Below, piece after piece: positions 1 through 10,876 of a stretch of DNA of 64,000 nucleotides. Source of the stretch: an uncultured Gemmatimonadales bacterium (lineage in GTDB: Bacteria > Gemmatimonadota > Gemmatimonadetes > Longimicrobiales > Longimicrobiaceae). Position numbers and translations under genes: made by a program. A model generated the notes under the pieces. It was not told the DNA's origin and ran no database searches. It saw only the letters and a program-made list of their open reading frames with translations. The stretch's first letter is position 1. Every line of letters begins with the position of its first letter. The stretch spans positions 608,001 to 672,000 of the forward strand of contig OY970303.1 of the NCBI GenBank assembly GCA_963716255.1, given 5' to 3'.

Positions 1-662
1 ACCGCGAAGCCGCCCAGCTGCAGCTGCACCTGGTGGGCGATGCGCACGCCGGGGATGCCGGCGGCGTCCACCTCGGAGGCGCCCACGCGCGCCACCTGTT
101 TTCCGTTGACCAGGAAGCTGACCGAATCCGCCGCCACGCGGACCTCCAGTTCGTTGGGGCGCCCACCCTCCTCGGTGTCGCGGCGGATGGCGGGGTCGGT
201 GGTCCAGGGGCGCACCACGGGGATGTCGGCGCCGGAGCGGCGGCGGATGAGGAAGCTGCCGTCGCCGCGCACCAGGAAGTAGCTGTAGCGCTGCCCGGAC
301 TCGGGCGCGTCCAGCGACGCCCCGCCCCAGACGATGCCGTACCCCTCGTGGAGGCGCCCGTGCAGCTTCTGCATGCGCGCCCGGATGGTGTACGGGGGCC
401 GCACCGGCGCCTGCCCCTGCCGCCAGAGCACGACGTGGGGGCCGGTCTCCACCGTCAGCGCCTCGCCGCCGCGCAGCGTCACGCCCTCGCGCGGGGCGAG
501 CTGCCACGCCGCGGGAGACGCCACGGAGTCGGCCGGGGCGGGAGCGGCGGCGGGGGCCGCGGCGGTGTCGGCGCGTGGCTCCCGGGCGTCCGTGCGCGGG
601 CGGTCGGCGCCGCACGCCGCGAGAAGGGCGGCGGCGGCCAGGAGGGGGAGCGTGGCTCTCAT
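1..662 (-). CDS. Putative lipoprotein (runs off the left edge of the window)
   Basis: Not in the ORF track. Translates MRATLPLLAAAALLAAC GADRPR... with a lipobox; open to position 1. Confidence 0.75.
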   Translation of the reverse strand, partial: MRATLPLLAAAALLAACGADRPRTDAREPRADTAAAPAAAPAPADSVASPAAWQLAPREGVTLRGGEALTVETGPHVVLWRQGQAPVRPPYTIRARMQKLHGRLHEGYGIVWGGASLDAPESGQRYSYFLVRGDGSFLIRRRSGADIPVVRPWTTDPAIRRDTEEGGRPNELEVRVAADSVSFLVNGKQVARVGASEVDAAGIPGVRIAHQVQLQLGGFA

Positions 663-667
663 GGCGA

Positions 668-1231
668 TCAGGGTTGCAGGGACTTCCGCAGCTCGTCCAG
701 CGGGAGGTCGCGGATGCGCACCTCCAGCGGCACCACCAGCTCGTCCTGCGTCTGGGTGCGGAGCCGGAAGGTGTGGCGGATGTGGAGCGGGACCACGGTG
801 CGGATGGGAACCGTGGTCTTGATGGGGAGGGTCACCTGGTGCGTCCCGAACGGCGAGCGGAAGGGGACGCGCACCTGGGTGTCGATGGGGAGCTGCGTGT
901 TCAGGTCCACGCGCAGCCGCTCGTCCACCGGGATGTCCAGCCGCAGCGGGGTCCCCGCCGCGAGCCGGATGCGGTACTGCACCCGGGCGTCCTCCTCCGC
1001 CAGCCGGTCCAGCGCCCGCAGCGCCGTCCCCACCGCGCGGCTTTCCGCGCCGCGCAGCCACCACAGGAGGTACAGGTTGGCTCCCAGCGCGACCGCCGCG
1101 ACGACCAGGGCGGCGAGCGCGATCCCCGCCGCTCGCTCCCGCGCCGCCCGCATCAGCCCGCCCGCGCGGCCGGACGCTTCACCGTTCACCGCATGCCCTC
1201 CTGGGAAATCGCGATTCGCCGCAAGATACAA
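668..1231 (-). CDS. Hypothetical membrane-anchored protein
   Basis: One TM segment followed by repeated beta-strand motifs (LDIPVDE, LPIDTQV, LPIKTTV). True start is probably downstream of 1231. Confidence 0.65.
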   Translation of the reverse strand: MYLAANRDFPGGHAVNGEASGRAGGLMRAARERAAGIALAALVVAAVALGANLYLLWWLRGAESRAVGTALRALDRLAEEDARVQYRIRLAAGTPLRLDIPVDERLRVDLNTQLPIDTQVRVPFRSPFGTHQVTLPIKTTVPIRTVVPLHIRHTFRLRTQTQDELVVPLEVRIRDLPLDELRKSLQP

Positions 1232-1296
1232 TGAGTCGGGGAGGTTTGGCGACCCCTCATTGCAGATCCGGGTCTCTTTTTACTGCAAGGGGGTTC

Positions 1297-1425
1297 GGGC
1301 GTGCCCCCGGCTGGCGCCGGGGTCGGGCTTCGGCTCCGTAAGCCCGCAAACAACGCGGGCTAACGGAGTCGAGCCCCGGCAAACTGCCGCCGGGTCTCGC
1401 CCCTTCGGGCCGAAATCCCTCACGC
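1297..1425. repeat. Structured repeat family A, copy 1
   Basis: GGGCGTGCCCCCGG...ATCCCTCACGC; multi-hairpin element with 12 copies in the window. Confidence 0.95.
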
Positions 1426-1451
1426 GGGTATCGCACTGGCGTCCGCGGGGG

Positions 1452-1563
1452 CCCCCTCCCCAACCCCTCCCCCAATTCCGGGGGAGGGCTTCCTGACCCT
1501 CAACTCCGGACGTGTCGTGCTTCCCCTCCCCCCTTGCGGGGGAGGGGGCCAGGGGGAGGGGGG
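1452..1563. repeat. CCCTCCCC...GGGGAGGG palindromic repeat cluster (family D)
   Basis: Two hairpins, CCCTCCCCCAATTCCGGGGGAGGG and CCCCTCCCCCTTGCGGGGGAGGGG. Confidence 0.8.
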
Positions 1564-1574
1564 TCGCCGTTGCC

Positions 1575-1728
1575 GTTCCCGCAGTACCCCCCAAATCCGT
1601 TGCGGAGGGAGACAGCCGGCAGTTTGGCTGGCTCCCTCCGGCGCAGGGAGACCCGGAGGCAGGTTTCCGGGGCTCCCGGAGCCCGCGCAGGAGACGGACG
1701 GCAGTATCGTCCGGCTCCGGAGCGGCCC
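1575..1728. repeat. Structured repeat family B, copy 1
   Basis: GTTCCCGCAGTACCC... followed by three GAGAC-stem-loop-stem-GGCTC modules; similar to 21746-21899 and 59812-59970. Confidence 0.9.
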
Positions 1729-1739
1729 GCCACCACACG

Positions 1740-1770
1740 AAAAAGCCCCGGGGCACACACACCCCGGGGC
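1740..1770 (-). terminator. Intrinsic terminator after etfA
   Basis: Minus strand GCCCCGGGG-TGTGTGTG-CCCCGGGGC-TTTTT. Confidence 0.75.
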
Positions 1771-1796
1771 CGAACGGCGAATCGGAAGAGAACCCC

Positions 1797-2780
1797 TCAG
1801 TGGACGACCTTGCGGATCTCCTCGGTCAGCCGCGGCAGGATCTGGAACAGGTCCCCCACGATCCCGTAGTCGGCCACCTTGAAGATGGGCGCCTCCGGGT
1901 CCTTGTTGATGGCGACGATGAAGCGCGACGAGCGCATGCCGGCCAGGTGCTGGATCGCGCCGGAGATGCCGACGGCGAAGTACAGCGTGGGCGCGACCGT
2001 CTTGCCCGTCTGCCCCACCTGCTCGGCGTGCGGGCGCCAGCCGGCGTCCACCACCGCGCGCGAGGCCCCCACCGCCGCCTTGCCGTTGAACGCGGCGGCG
2101 AGCTCCTCGAGGAGCTTGAAGTTCTCGGGGCTGCCCATGCCGCGCCCGCCGGACACGATCACCGGGGCCTCGGCCACGTCCAGCGCGCCGCCGGCCGCCG
2201 CGCGGATCTCCCGCACCACCGCGCCGAAGTCGGCGCCGTCCAGCGACACGGCCAGCGTCTCCACCGACCCGCCCCTGGCGTTCTCCTTGGGCGTGAAGGT
2301 GTTGGGGCGCAGCGAGAGCACCGCCGGCCGGTCGGCCACCGTCACCCTGGCGTTCAGCTTGCCGGAGTACAGCGGGCGCGACACGACCAGCTGCCCGCCC
2401 TCGGCGGAGATCGCCGTGACCTCGCTCTGGTACTCCACGCCCAGCCGGGCCGCCACGCGCGGCGCCAGGTCGCGCCCCATGGAGGTCGCGGGGAAGAGCG
2501 CCGCGTCGCAGCCGTGCTCCTTGATGAAGCCGGCGATCACCGCCGTGAACCCCTCGGGCGAGTACCGGTCGAACGCGGCCGATTCGCCCACGAACACCTT
2601 GTCCGCCCCGAAGCGGCCCAGCTCGCCGGCCGCGCCGCCGCTCCCCTCGCCGCCCAGGAGGACGGCATGGACCTCGGTACCCAGCGCGTCGGCCAGGGTG
2701 CGGGCCGCGGTCACCACCTCGTGCGCGACCTTGCGGAGCTCGCCGTCGCGCGCCTCCGCGAACGCGAAAATGCCTGCCAT
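1797..2780 (-). CDS. etfA: Electron transfer flavoprotein alpha subunit
   Basis: [24 protein letters not shown] and GISGAIQH motifs. Confidence 0.97.
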   Translation of the reverse strand: MAGIFAFAEARDGELRKVAHEVVTAARTLADALGTEVHAVLLGGEGSGGAAGELGRFGADKVFVGESAAFDRYSPEGFTAVIAGFIKEHGCDAALFPATSMGRDLAPRVAARLGVEYQSEVTAISAEGGQLVVSRPLYSGKLNARVTVADRPAVLSLRPNTFTPKENARGGSVETLAVSLDGADFGAVVREIRAAAGGALDVAEAPVIVSGGRGMGSPENFKLLEELAAAFNGKAAVGASRAVVDAGWRPHAEQVGQTGKTVAPTLYFAVGISGAIQHLAGMRSSRFIVAINKDPEAPIFKVADYGIVGDLFQILPRLTEEIRKVVH

Positions 2781-2867
2781 GTATGTGACTCCTCAGTCGG
2801 TGTCGGATTCGGGAGGTCACAGAGAAATGGAAGAGAGAAGAGCCGCCCGGCCGTTGCCGTCGCAGGC

Positions 2868-2894
2868 TGTTCCCTGTTCCCTCTTCCCTGTTCC

Positions 2895-2895
<1 letters not shown>
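2868..2895. repeat. Heptamer tandem repeat (TNTTCCC)x4
   Basis: TGTTCCC TGTTCCC TCTTCCC TGTTCCC abutting the etfB stop codon. Confidence 0.7.
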
Positions 2896-3647
<752 letters not shown>

Positions 3648-3757
3648 CTCCTTCGATCAGGGTGTTGCTCGAGCCGCCCGGGCGGCTCCCTTGGCGGCGC
3701 CAAGATAGCGGCCCGCCCCCCGCGTGTCCAGCGAGCGCGCCGCGCTCCGGCGCGCCG

Positions 3758-4111
3758 CTACGGCCGCGCCGCGGCGGTGTCGCGCGGGACCGCCGGCATG
3801 GGCGCGGCCGGGGGCGCCGCGGCCCGCTGTCCCCGGGCGATGATGCTGTCGTCCGGGCTCTGCAGGCTTTCCACGTGGATGGTGCTGTCCACGATCCCCA
3901 GCGCCTCCGCCTGCTCCGGCGTCATGGAGCTGGCCTCGGCCCGCACCTGGTCGGCGGACATCCCGTCCAGCGCCTGCCGGTTGGTGGTGTCGGTCACCGC
4001 CGTCGTGTCCGCCGCCGCGGCGCTCCCGCCCTCGTCGCGGCCGCACCCGGCGGCGACGAGGGCGCACGAGAGCGCGAGAACGAGCGGGCGGCGGGCAGCG
4101 CGTGGCTTCAT
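3758..4111 (-). CDS. Small lipoprotein, hypothetical
   Basis: MKPRAARRPLVLALSCALVAAGC lipobox, at the C-terminal end of the 3758..5314 ORF. Confidence 0.7.
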   Translation of the reverse strand: MKPRAARRPLVLALSCALVAAGCGRDEGGSAAAADTTAVTDTTNRQALDGMSADQVRAEASSMTPEQAEALGIVDSTIHVESLQSPDDSIIARGQRAAAPPAAPMPAVPRDTAAARP

Positions 4112-4179
4112 CGCAATGGCTCCAGATGTCGGGAACACGGCACGGACGCGGCGCACCGGGCGCGCGCCGCGTCCGGGCG

Positions 4180-5256
4180 TCAGGCGGGCGAGGAAGCCGC
4201 CTCGTCCGCCCGGGCCAGGAACTCGCGGACGCGCTCGTACACGTCGCCCGGGCGCTCCCAGTGCGGGAGCGCGCCGGTGGGGAGCGCGGCCACCTCCACG
4301 CCGGGCCGCCCCTCCAGCTCGGGGAGGTCGGTGAACGTCTCCATGCGGCGGTCGGCCACCGTGCCGTACACCACCAGCAGCGGCTGGCGCAGGCGGCGGA
4401 ACGACTCGCGCGCATCCTCCGGGAAGAGCCGGCCGCTGAGGAAGTCGTCCAGCGGGCGCGCGGCGCCCTCCACCCGGGCGGTCTCCGCGCCGTACTCCAC
4501 GTACTCCTCCGGGACGCCGAACTCCGGGGTGAACAGCTCGTCGCGCGCGAAGCGGTAGAGCGCCTCCGGGGTGGTCAGCCGGTCGTAGAAGGCACGCTGC
4601 ACCCCCGGCAGGGTGAAGAGCAGGCGCGACCAGATGCGGGGGATCTCCGTGGGCTCCTCGCCCAGCCCCACCGGCTCGATCGCCGCCAGCGAGTGGATCA
4701 GGTCCGGGCGGCGGCGCGCCACCTCGGCGGCGTAGGTGGCCCCCAGTGAGAGCGCCACCACGTCCACCCCGCCGCGCGGCTGGATCACCTGCTCCAGCCA
4801 GTGCTCCAGCTGGTCCTCCAGGAGCCGCGGCGTGTACTCCACCTCGGGGCGGTCGCTGTGGCCGAAGCCCAGCCACTCCAGCGCCAGCACGGGGCGCTCG
4901 CTCTCCCGCTGGAAGCGCTGCACCAGCGGGCGCATCTCGTGCGCCGAGGCCACCGCGTTGATGGAGTGCAGGAACACCACCGGGCGCCCCCGCCCCCGCC
5001 GCGAGTAGTACGCGTAGTGGAACTCCTGCCAGGGGACGTAGTCCAGCCGCAGGTTGAGCGCGTTGGGGAGCTCCGTCACGGGGCGGCGCCGCGTGCGCGA
5101 GCTCCCCATCAGGTACACCCCGTACGCCGCCACCGCCGCGGCCGTGAGCCCCGCGGCCGCCTTGCCGGCCTTGCTTCCCAGGATCCCCTTGCCGCCTTCG
5201 GCGTCCCGGGCCTTCTCCAGCGCCGTACGGCGCTCCTTGTCGCGATCGCGCTTCAT
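4180..5256 (-). CDS. Alpha/beta hydrolase fold protein
   Basis: VVFLHS, LGFGHSDRP, ALSLG nucleophile elbow, PHWERP. Confidence 0.88.
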   Translation of the reverse strand: MKRDRDKERRTALEKARDAEGGKGILGSKAGKAAAGLTAAAVAAYGVYLMGSSRTRRRPVTELPNALNLRLDYVPWQEFHYAYYSRRGRGRPVVFLHSINAVASAHEMRPLVQRFQRESERPVLALEWLGFGHSDRPEVEYTPRLLEDQLEHWLEQVIQPRGGVDVVALSLGATYAAEVARRRPDLIHSLAAIEPVGLGEEPTEIPRIWSRLLFTLPGVQRAFYDRLTTPEALYRFARDELFTPEFGVPEEYVEYGAETARVEGAARPLDDFLSGRLFPEDARESFRRLRQPLLVVYGTVADRRMETFTDLPELEGRPGVEVAALPTGALPHWERPGDVYERVREFLARADEAASSPA

Positions 5257-5377
5257 GGCTGCCCCTGTCTCCGCTCCGGTCGCCGGAATCCACTTCCCCC
5301 CACGCAAGCCTCATGCAACAGGAGGGCCCGGCTCCCCGCGCCGGACCCTCCCTCGGCCGTTCCCGCCGCCGCCCGGG

Positions 5378-6928
5378 CTACCGGGCGACGCCGTACAATC
5401 CCGCCTGCGGCGCCGGCACCAGCGACGCGGCGCTCTCCCGCGCCCAGCTCATGGGCCCACCCACGTCCCGGCCGAAGCCGTCCGGGAAGAAGAACAGCCC
5501 CACCACCAGCACCGCCGCCGCCGCGATGGCGAAGCGGGCCGCCGCGGGAACCCCCAGGGGCACCGCCTCGCCCTTTTCCGTGGAGGGCTGCATGTACATC
5601 ACCACGATGACGCGCAGGTAGTAGAAGTACGACACCAGCGACGCCAGCACCAGGATCACCGCCAGCGGCTGCAGTCCGCCCTGGATGGCCGACTGCAGGA
5701 TGTACATCTTGCCGATGAAGCCGCCGGTGAGCGGGAACCCGGCCAGCGACAGCAGGAACACCGAGAGCGCCACCCCCAGCAGCGGGTGCCGCCAGCCGAA
5801 GCCGGCGTAGTCGTCCAGCGTCACCAGCTCGCGGTCGCCGCGCGTGTTGGCGATGAGCACCCCGAAGGCCCCCGCCGTCATCAGCGTGTACACCAGCAGG
5901 TAGAACAGGAAGGCCGCCGCCCCGCCCGTGCTCGCCGAGAGCAGCGCCACCAGCAGGTAGCCCGCGTGCGCGATGGAGGAGTACGCCAGCATGCGCTTCA
6001 GGCTCCCCTCCGTCAGCGCGACCAGGTTGGCGCCCAGCATGGTGAGGGCCGCCAGCCAGAAGCCGATCTGCGCCCACACCTCGTACATCCCCGCGAACGC
6101 CACCCCGAACACCCGGATGAAGGCCGCGAACGCCGCCGCCTTGACCCCCGTGGACATCAGCGCCGTCACCGGCGTGGGGGCGCCCTCGTAGGCGTCCGGC
6201 GTCCACACGTGGAAAGGGACGGCCGCCACCTTGAAGCCCAGCCCCACCATCAGCAGCGCCGCGCCGGCCAGCAGCATGTAGTCGCGGGTCGCCAGCGCCC
6301 CTGCCACCTGCGGCCCGATCACCGCCAGGTTGGTGGAGCCGGTGGCCCCGAAGGTCAGCGCGATCCCGTACAGGAAGAAGGCGCTGGAGAAGGCCCCCAG
6401 CAGGAAGTACTTGAGCGACGCCTCCGACGAGCGCGGGTCCAGCCGGTCGAAGCCCACCAGCACGTAGATGGACAGCGACATCACCTCCAGCGCGACGAAC
6501 ATCATCATCAGGTCGCGCGACGCCGCCATGAGCATCATCCCCACCACCGCGAAGAGCACCAGTACGTGGAACTCGCCCCGGTTGATCCCCCTGCGGTCCA
6601 GATAGCCCATGGAAACGAACAGCGTCATCGCCCCGGAAAGCAGGAAGATGAAGTTGGCGAACACCCGGAAGCGGTCCACCACCACCAGCCCCGCGGGCGC
6701 CGACTCGCCGATGCGCAGCAGGTACGCGTTCGCGATCGCCGCCAGCACCAGCCCCGCCAGCGACAGCCAGGGGATGATGGGGCGCGAGGGCTCGGAGCGG
6801 TTCCCCTTCTGGAAGACGTCCACCATGAGCACGAGCATCGCCCAGAGGGAGAGCACGATCTCCGGGAGGAGCGCCCAGAAGTAGTCGGACTGCCGCGAGT
6901 AGTCGAGTAGCATTTCCATGTTGGTCAC
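5378..6928 (-). CDS. nuoN: NADH-quinone oxidoreductase subunit N
   Basis: EASLKYF, FKVAAVPFHVWTPDAYEGAP and KRMLAYSSIAHAGY motifs; last gene of the operon. Confidence 0.96.
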   Translation of the reverse strand: MTNMEMLLDYSRQSDYFWALLPEIVLSLWAMLVLMVDVFQKGNRSEPSRPIIPWLSLAGLVLAAIANAYLLRIGESAPAGLVVVDRFRVFANFIFLLSGAMTLFVSMGYLDRRGINRGEFHVLVLFAVVGMMLMAASRDLMMMFVALEVMSLSIYVLVGFDRLDPRSSEASLKYFLLGAFSSAFFLYGIALTFGATGSTNLAVIGPQVAGALATRDYMLLAGAALLMVGLGFKVAAVPFHVWTPDAYEGAPTPVTALMSTGVKAAAFAAFIRVFGVAFAGMYEVWAQIGFWLAALTMLGANLVALTEGSLKRMLAYSSIAHAGYLLVALLSASTGGAAAFLFYLLVYTLMTAGAFGVLIANTRGDRELVTLDDYAGFGWRHPLLGVALSVFLLSLAGFPLTGGFIGKMYILQSAIQGGLQPLAVILVLASLVSYFYYLRVIVVMYMQPSTEKGEAVPLGVPAAARFAIAAAAVLVVGLFFFPDGFGRDVGGPMSWARESAASLVPAPQAGLYGVAR

Positions 6929-6944
6929 GAGCCCCCTGCCGGGG

Positions 6945-8552
6945 TCAGCGCGGCGACGCCGCCACCTCCCCCACCGACGGGGGGAGGGCGACGTAGGCAG
7001 CGCGGGCGGTCTCCATCCCGTTCGCCAGGCGCTCGGCTGCGGGCCTCATCTTGTCCAGCACCGGCTTGGGGTACACGCCCAGCCAGAGGATCAGCAGCAC
7101 CAGCGGCGCCAGCACCAGGATCTCCCGCGCGTTGAGGTCGGGGACGTGGCGGTTGGCCGGCTTGTCCAGCGCGTTGAACACCGTGCGCTGCACCATGGGA
7201 AGCATGTAGTACGCGGCGAAGATCACCCCCGTGGCGGCGATCAGCGCGGCGATGGGGTGCGTGCGGAAGGCGCCCAGCAGCACCAGGAACTCCGACAGGA
7301 ACCCGGCCGTCCCCGGCAGCCCCACCGACGCCATGGCCGCGAACACCAGCATGGCCGCGAACACCGGGATGGAGGCCGCCAGCCCGCCGAAGTCCGAGAT
7401 CTCGTACGTGTGCCGGCGCTCGTACAGCATCCCCAGCAGGAAGAAGAGCATGGGCGTGGAGAGCCCGTGCCCGATCATCACCAGGAGCGCGCCCTGGATC
7501 CCCTGCTCGTTGAAGGCGTAGATCCCCAGGATCACGAAGCCCAGGTGCGCCACCGAAGTGTACGCCACCAGCTTCTTTGCGTTGGGCTGCACCGCGGCCA
7601 CCATGGCCCCGTAGATGATCCCCGCCACCGCCAGCACCAGCGCCGCCCTGATCGCCGTGTCGCTCGCGGCCGCCAGCGGGAAGAGCGGGAGCGCGAAGCG
7701 CATGAACCCGTACGTCCCCATCTTCAGCAGCACCCCCGCAAGGATCACCGACCCCGCCGTGGGCGCCTGCACGTGCGCGTGCGGCAGCCAGGTGTGGAAG
7801 GGGAAGATGGGCACCTTGATGGCGAACGCCAGCGCAAAGGCCAGAAAGAGCAGCCCCTGCTCCCGCGGCCCCAGGATGGTGGACAGCTGCAGGAAGTCGA
7901 AGTACGAGAAGGTGGGCGTCCCGAAGATCGCCTGCCCCTTGAAGAACATGTACAGGATCGCGACCAGCATCAGCAGCGACCCGGCGGTGGTGTACAGAAA
8001 GAACTTGACCGCCGCGTACACCCGCTCCTTGCCGCCCCAGATCCCGATGAGGAAGTACATGGGGATGAGGACGATCTCCCAGAACACGTAGAACAGGAAC
8101 ATGTCCAGGGCGACGAACACCCCCACCACCCCGCCGGTGAGCGCGATGAGCATGGCGTAGAACCAGCGTTGCCGCTCGCGGACGTACGTCCACGAGCCCA
8201 GCACCATCAGCGGCAGGAGCAGCGTGGTGAGCAGGACCATGAAGAGCGAGATCCCGTCCAGCCCCAGCCGGTAGTGGATCCCCCACTCGGGGATCCACTG
8301 CGCGGCCACGCAGTTCTGCATCTGCACCGTGACCATCTCCGCGGCCCCGCCGCGGAAGGTGGGCTGCATGCAGCTCCCCGTGTGGTCGAACGTCCAGAAG
8401 AGCGGGAGCGAGACCAGGAACTCCACGATCCCCACCCCCAGCGCCGCTTGCCGGGCGCCGCGGTCGCCGGCCAGGTACACGGCGACCGCCCCCAACAGGG
8501 GGAAGAAGATCAGGAAGGTCAGGATCCCTGAGCCGGAGTAGAACGATTCCAT
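6945..8552 (-). CDS. nuoM: NADH-quinone oxidoreductase subunit M
   Basis: KVPIFPFHTWLPHAHVQAPTAGSVILAGVLLKMG. Confidence 0.96.
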   Translation of the reverse strand: MESFYSGSGILTFLIFFPLLGAVAVYLAGDRGARQAALGVGIVEFLVSLPLFWTFDHTGSCMQPTFRGGAAEMVTVQMQNCVAAQWIPEWGIHYRLGLDGISLFMVLLTTLLLPLMVLGSWTYVRERQRWFYAMLIALTGGVVGVFVALDMFLFYVFWEIVLIPMYFLIGIWGGKERVYAAVKFFLYTTAGSLLMLVAILYMFFKGQAIFGTPTFSYFDFLQLSTILGPREQGLLFLAFALAFAIKVPIFPFHTWLPHAHVQAPTAGSVILAGVLLKMGTYGFMRFALPLFPLAAASDTAIRAALVLAVAGIIYGAMVAAVQPNAKKLVAYTSVAHLGFVILGIYAFNEQGIQGALLVMIGHGLSTPMLFFLLGMLYERRHTYEISDFGGLAASIPVFAAMLVFAAMASVGLPGTAGFLSEFLVLLGAFRTHPIAALIAATGVIFAAYYMLPMVQRTVFNALDKPANRHVPDLNAREILVLAPLVLLILWLGVYPKPVLDKMRPAAERLANGMETARAAYVALPPSVGEVAASPR

Positions 8553-8568
8553 TGCCGTCCCGTTGCCG

Positions 8569-10869
8569 TCAGAGTGCCACGAAGGAGCCGAGGACCACCA
8601 GCACCCCGACGATGATGACGAAGGCGTACGTGTTGAGCAGGCCCGTCTGGGTGCGGCCCGCGAGGAGCCCCAGCCCCTGCGACAGCCGCCCGAGGAAGTC
8701 CACCAGCCCGTCGATCACGTAGCGGTCGAAGGCCGCGTACACCCGCGACAGCGCGCCCACCGGGCGCACCACGACCGCGTCGTACAGCTCGTCGATGTAG
8801 TACTTGTTGTACAGCACCCGCTCCGGCGTGCTGGTGTACGCCGGCTCCTCGTCCGCCGTGCGCAGCTTCCGCCCCGAGAGCAGCACCCACGCCAGCGCCA
8901 GCCCGCCGAGCCCGATGACCACCGCCAGGATGATCGGCCAGGCGTGGTGCGCGGCTTCCGGTGCCTCCCCGAACTGGCTGCGGACCACCTCCTCCGAGCC
9001 GGCGATCACCGGGTGCAGCCAGTGGTGCAGCGCCGCGCCCTGCCCGAAGTCGAACCAGTTCACGATCGGCACGTCCTCCACGTTGAGGAAGCCGCCGACC
9101 AGGGAGAGCGCCGCCAGCACCACCAGCGGCAGCTTCAGCGTCCAGTCCGTCTCGTGCAGGTGCTTCCGCTCGGCGTCGCCGGTGCGGTTGTCGCCGAAGA
9201 AGGTGTAGATCATCATGCGGCCCATGTAGAAGGCCGTCATGAACGCGGCGATGGACAGGGTCCCGCCGATGAAGCCCATCCAGGTGCTCCCCGGGATCCC
9301 GAACAGCTCCGCCCGCGAGAACGCCGAGTGCCCCTCGGCGCCCAGCCACGCCGCCCCGATGATCTCGTCCTTGGAAAAGAACCCGGCGAAGGGCGGCACC
9401 CCGGCGATGGCCAGCGTCGCGATCCCCATGGTCCAGAAGGTGACCGGGAGGAACTTCCGCAGCCCGCCCATGTTGCGCATGTCCTGCGCGTCGGCGGGGT
9501 TGTGCGTGGAGTGCAGGGCGTGGTGCATGGAGTGGATCACCGCGCCCGAGCCCAGGAAGAGGCAGGCCTTGAAGAAGGCGTGCGTCATCAGGTGGAAGAC
9601 CCCGGCCACGTACGCCCCCATCCCCACCGCCGCGAACATGAAGCCCAGCTGCGACACGGTGGAGTACGCCAGCACCTTCTTGATGTCCCACTGCTTCAGG
9701 CCGATGGTGGCCGCGAAGAACGCCGTCAGCGCCCCCACCAGCGCCACCACCAGCGACGCCGTGGGCGCCAGGGTGAAGAGCACCGAGGACCTCACAACCA
9801 GGTACACGCCCGCCGTGACCATGGTGGCCGCGTGGATCAGCGCCGACACCGGCGTGGGGCCCGCCATGGCGTCCGGGAGCCACACGTAGAGCGGGATCTG
9901 CGCGCTCTTGCCCGCGGCGCCCAGAAAGAAGAAGAGCGCGATCGCCGTGACCACCGCCCCGCCGTACGCCAGCGTCAGGGGCGCGCGCTGCATCACCTCC
10001 GTGAAGTCCAGCGTCCCCAGGTTGGCGAACAGCAGGAACATGGCGATCAGGAAGCCGAAGTCGCCGATGCGGTTGACGATGAACGCCTTCTTCCCCGCGT
10101 CCGCGTTCGCCTTTTCCCTAAACCAGAAGCCGATCAGCAGGTACGAGCAGAGCCCCACGCCCTCCCACCCCACGAACATCAGCGGGTACGAGGCGCCCAG
10201 CACCAGCACCAGCATGAAGAACACGAAGAGGTTCAGGTACGCCATGTAGCGCGGGTACCCGGGGTCCTCCTTCATGTAGCCGATGGAGAAGAGGTGGATC
10301 AGCGACCCCACGCCGGTGATGACCAGCGTCATCAGCATGGACAGCGGGTCCAGCAGCAGCGCCGCGTCCACCTGCAGCTCGCCCACCGGCATCCAGCTGA
10401 AGTAGCGCACGGCCTCGAACACCGGGTGCTCGCCCGCCGCGCCCATGAACTCGCACATCTTCCACCAGTTCCACGCCGCCACCGCGAACGCCGCCAGCAG
10501 CACGCCCGGCGCCACGAACGACGGCAGCACGTGCGTCCAGGGCTTCGGCCCCGCGGGGTGGTCGTGGGCGTCGTGCGCGTCGTCATGGTCGTGCGCGTGG
10601 TCCGCGGCTGCGGCGTCCACCGGGCTGGGCCGGGTGCCGTGGTCGTGGTGCTCCTGCTCGCTGGGCTCGTGGTGCGAATCCCAGTGCGGGTCGCCAACGG
10701 GGGGCAGCACGGGGAGCGCGCGGCGCGCCGCGTACACCGATGCCAGCCCGTTGAGCAGGAACCCGACGAGCGGGAGGACGACGATCAGCCAGGGCGAGAC
10801 GGGGTGGAAGGCGCCGTGGCCGGCCGCCTCCGCCGCCGCGTGCGCGGCCTCTTGGAACAGGAGCGTCAC
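8569..10869 (-). CDS. nuoL: NADH-quinone oxidoreductase subunit L
   Basis: GKSAQIPLYVWLPDAMAGPTPVSALIHAATMV and HAFFKA motifs. Confidence 0.96.
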   Translation of the reverse strand: MTLLFQEAAHAAAEAAGHGAFHPVSPWLIVVLPLVGFLLNGLASVYAARRALPVLPPVGDPHWDSHHEPSEQEHHDHGTRPSPVDAAAADHAHDHDDAHDAHDHPAGPKPWTHVLPSFVAPGVLLAAFAVAAWNWWKMCEFMGAAGEHPVFEAVRYFSWMPVGELQVDAALLLDPLSMLMTLVITGVGSLIHLFSIGYMKEDPGYPRYMAYLNLFVFFMLVLVLGASYPLMFVGWEGVGLCSYLLIGFWFREKANADAGKKAFIVNRIGDFGFLIAMFLLFANLGTLDFTEVMQRAPLTLAYGGAVVTAIALFFFLGAAGKSAQIPLYVWLPDAMAGPTPVSALIHAATMVTAGVYLVVRSSVLFTLAPTASLVVALVGALTAFFAATIGLKQWDIKKVLAYSTVSQLGFMFAAVGMGAYVAGVFHLMTHAFFKACLFLGSGAVIHSMHHALHSTHNPADAQDMRNMGGLRKFLPVTFWTMGIATLAIAGVPPFAGFFSKDEIIGAAWLGAEGHSAFSRAELFGIPGSTWMGFIGGTLSIAAFMTAFYMGRMMIYTFFGDNRTGDAERKHLHETDWTLKLPLVVLAALSLVGGFLNVEDVPIVNWFDFGQGAALHHWLHPVIAGSEEVVRSQFGEAPEAAHHAWPIILAVVIGLGGLALAWVLLSGRKLRTADEEPAYTSTPERVLYNKYYIDELYDAVVVRPVGALSRVYAAFDRYVIDGLVDFLGRLSQGLGLLAGRTQTGLLNTYAFVIIVGVLVVLGSFVAL

Positions 10870-10876
10870 GTGGCCT

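Noticed and set aside
1297..1425. Self-cleaving ribozyme in family A
   Set aside because: No hammerhead CUGANGA core or other ribozyme core recognisable by eye on either strand.
1280..1762. Recurring peptides such as RDFGPKGRDP and PKPDPGASRGHA as a protein family
   Set aside because: These are translations of the DNA repeats in varying frames; conservation follows base pairing, not codons.
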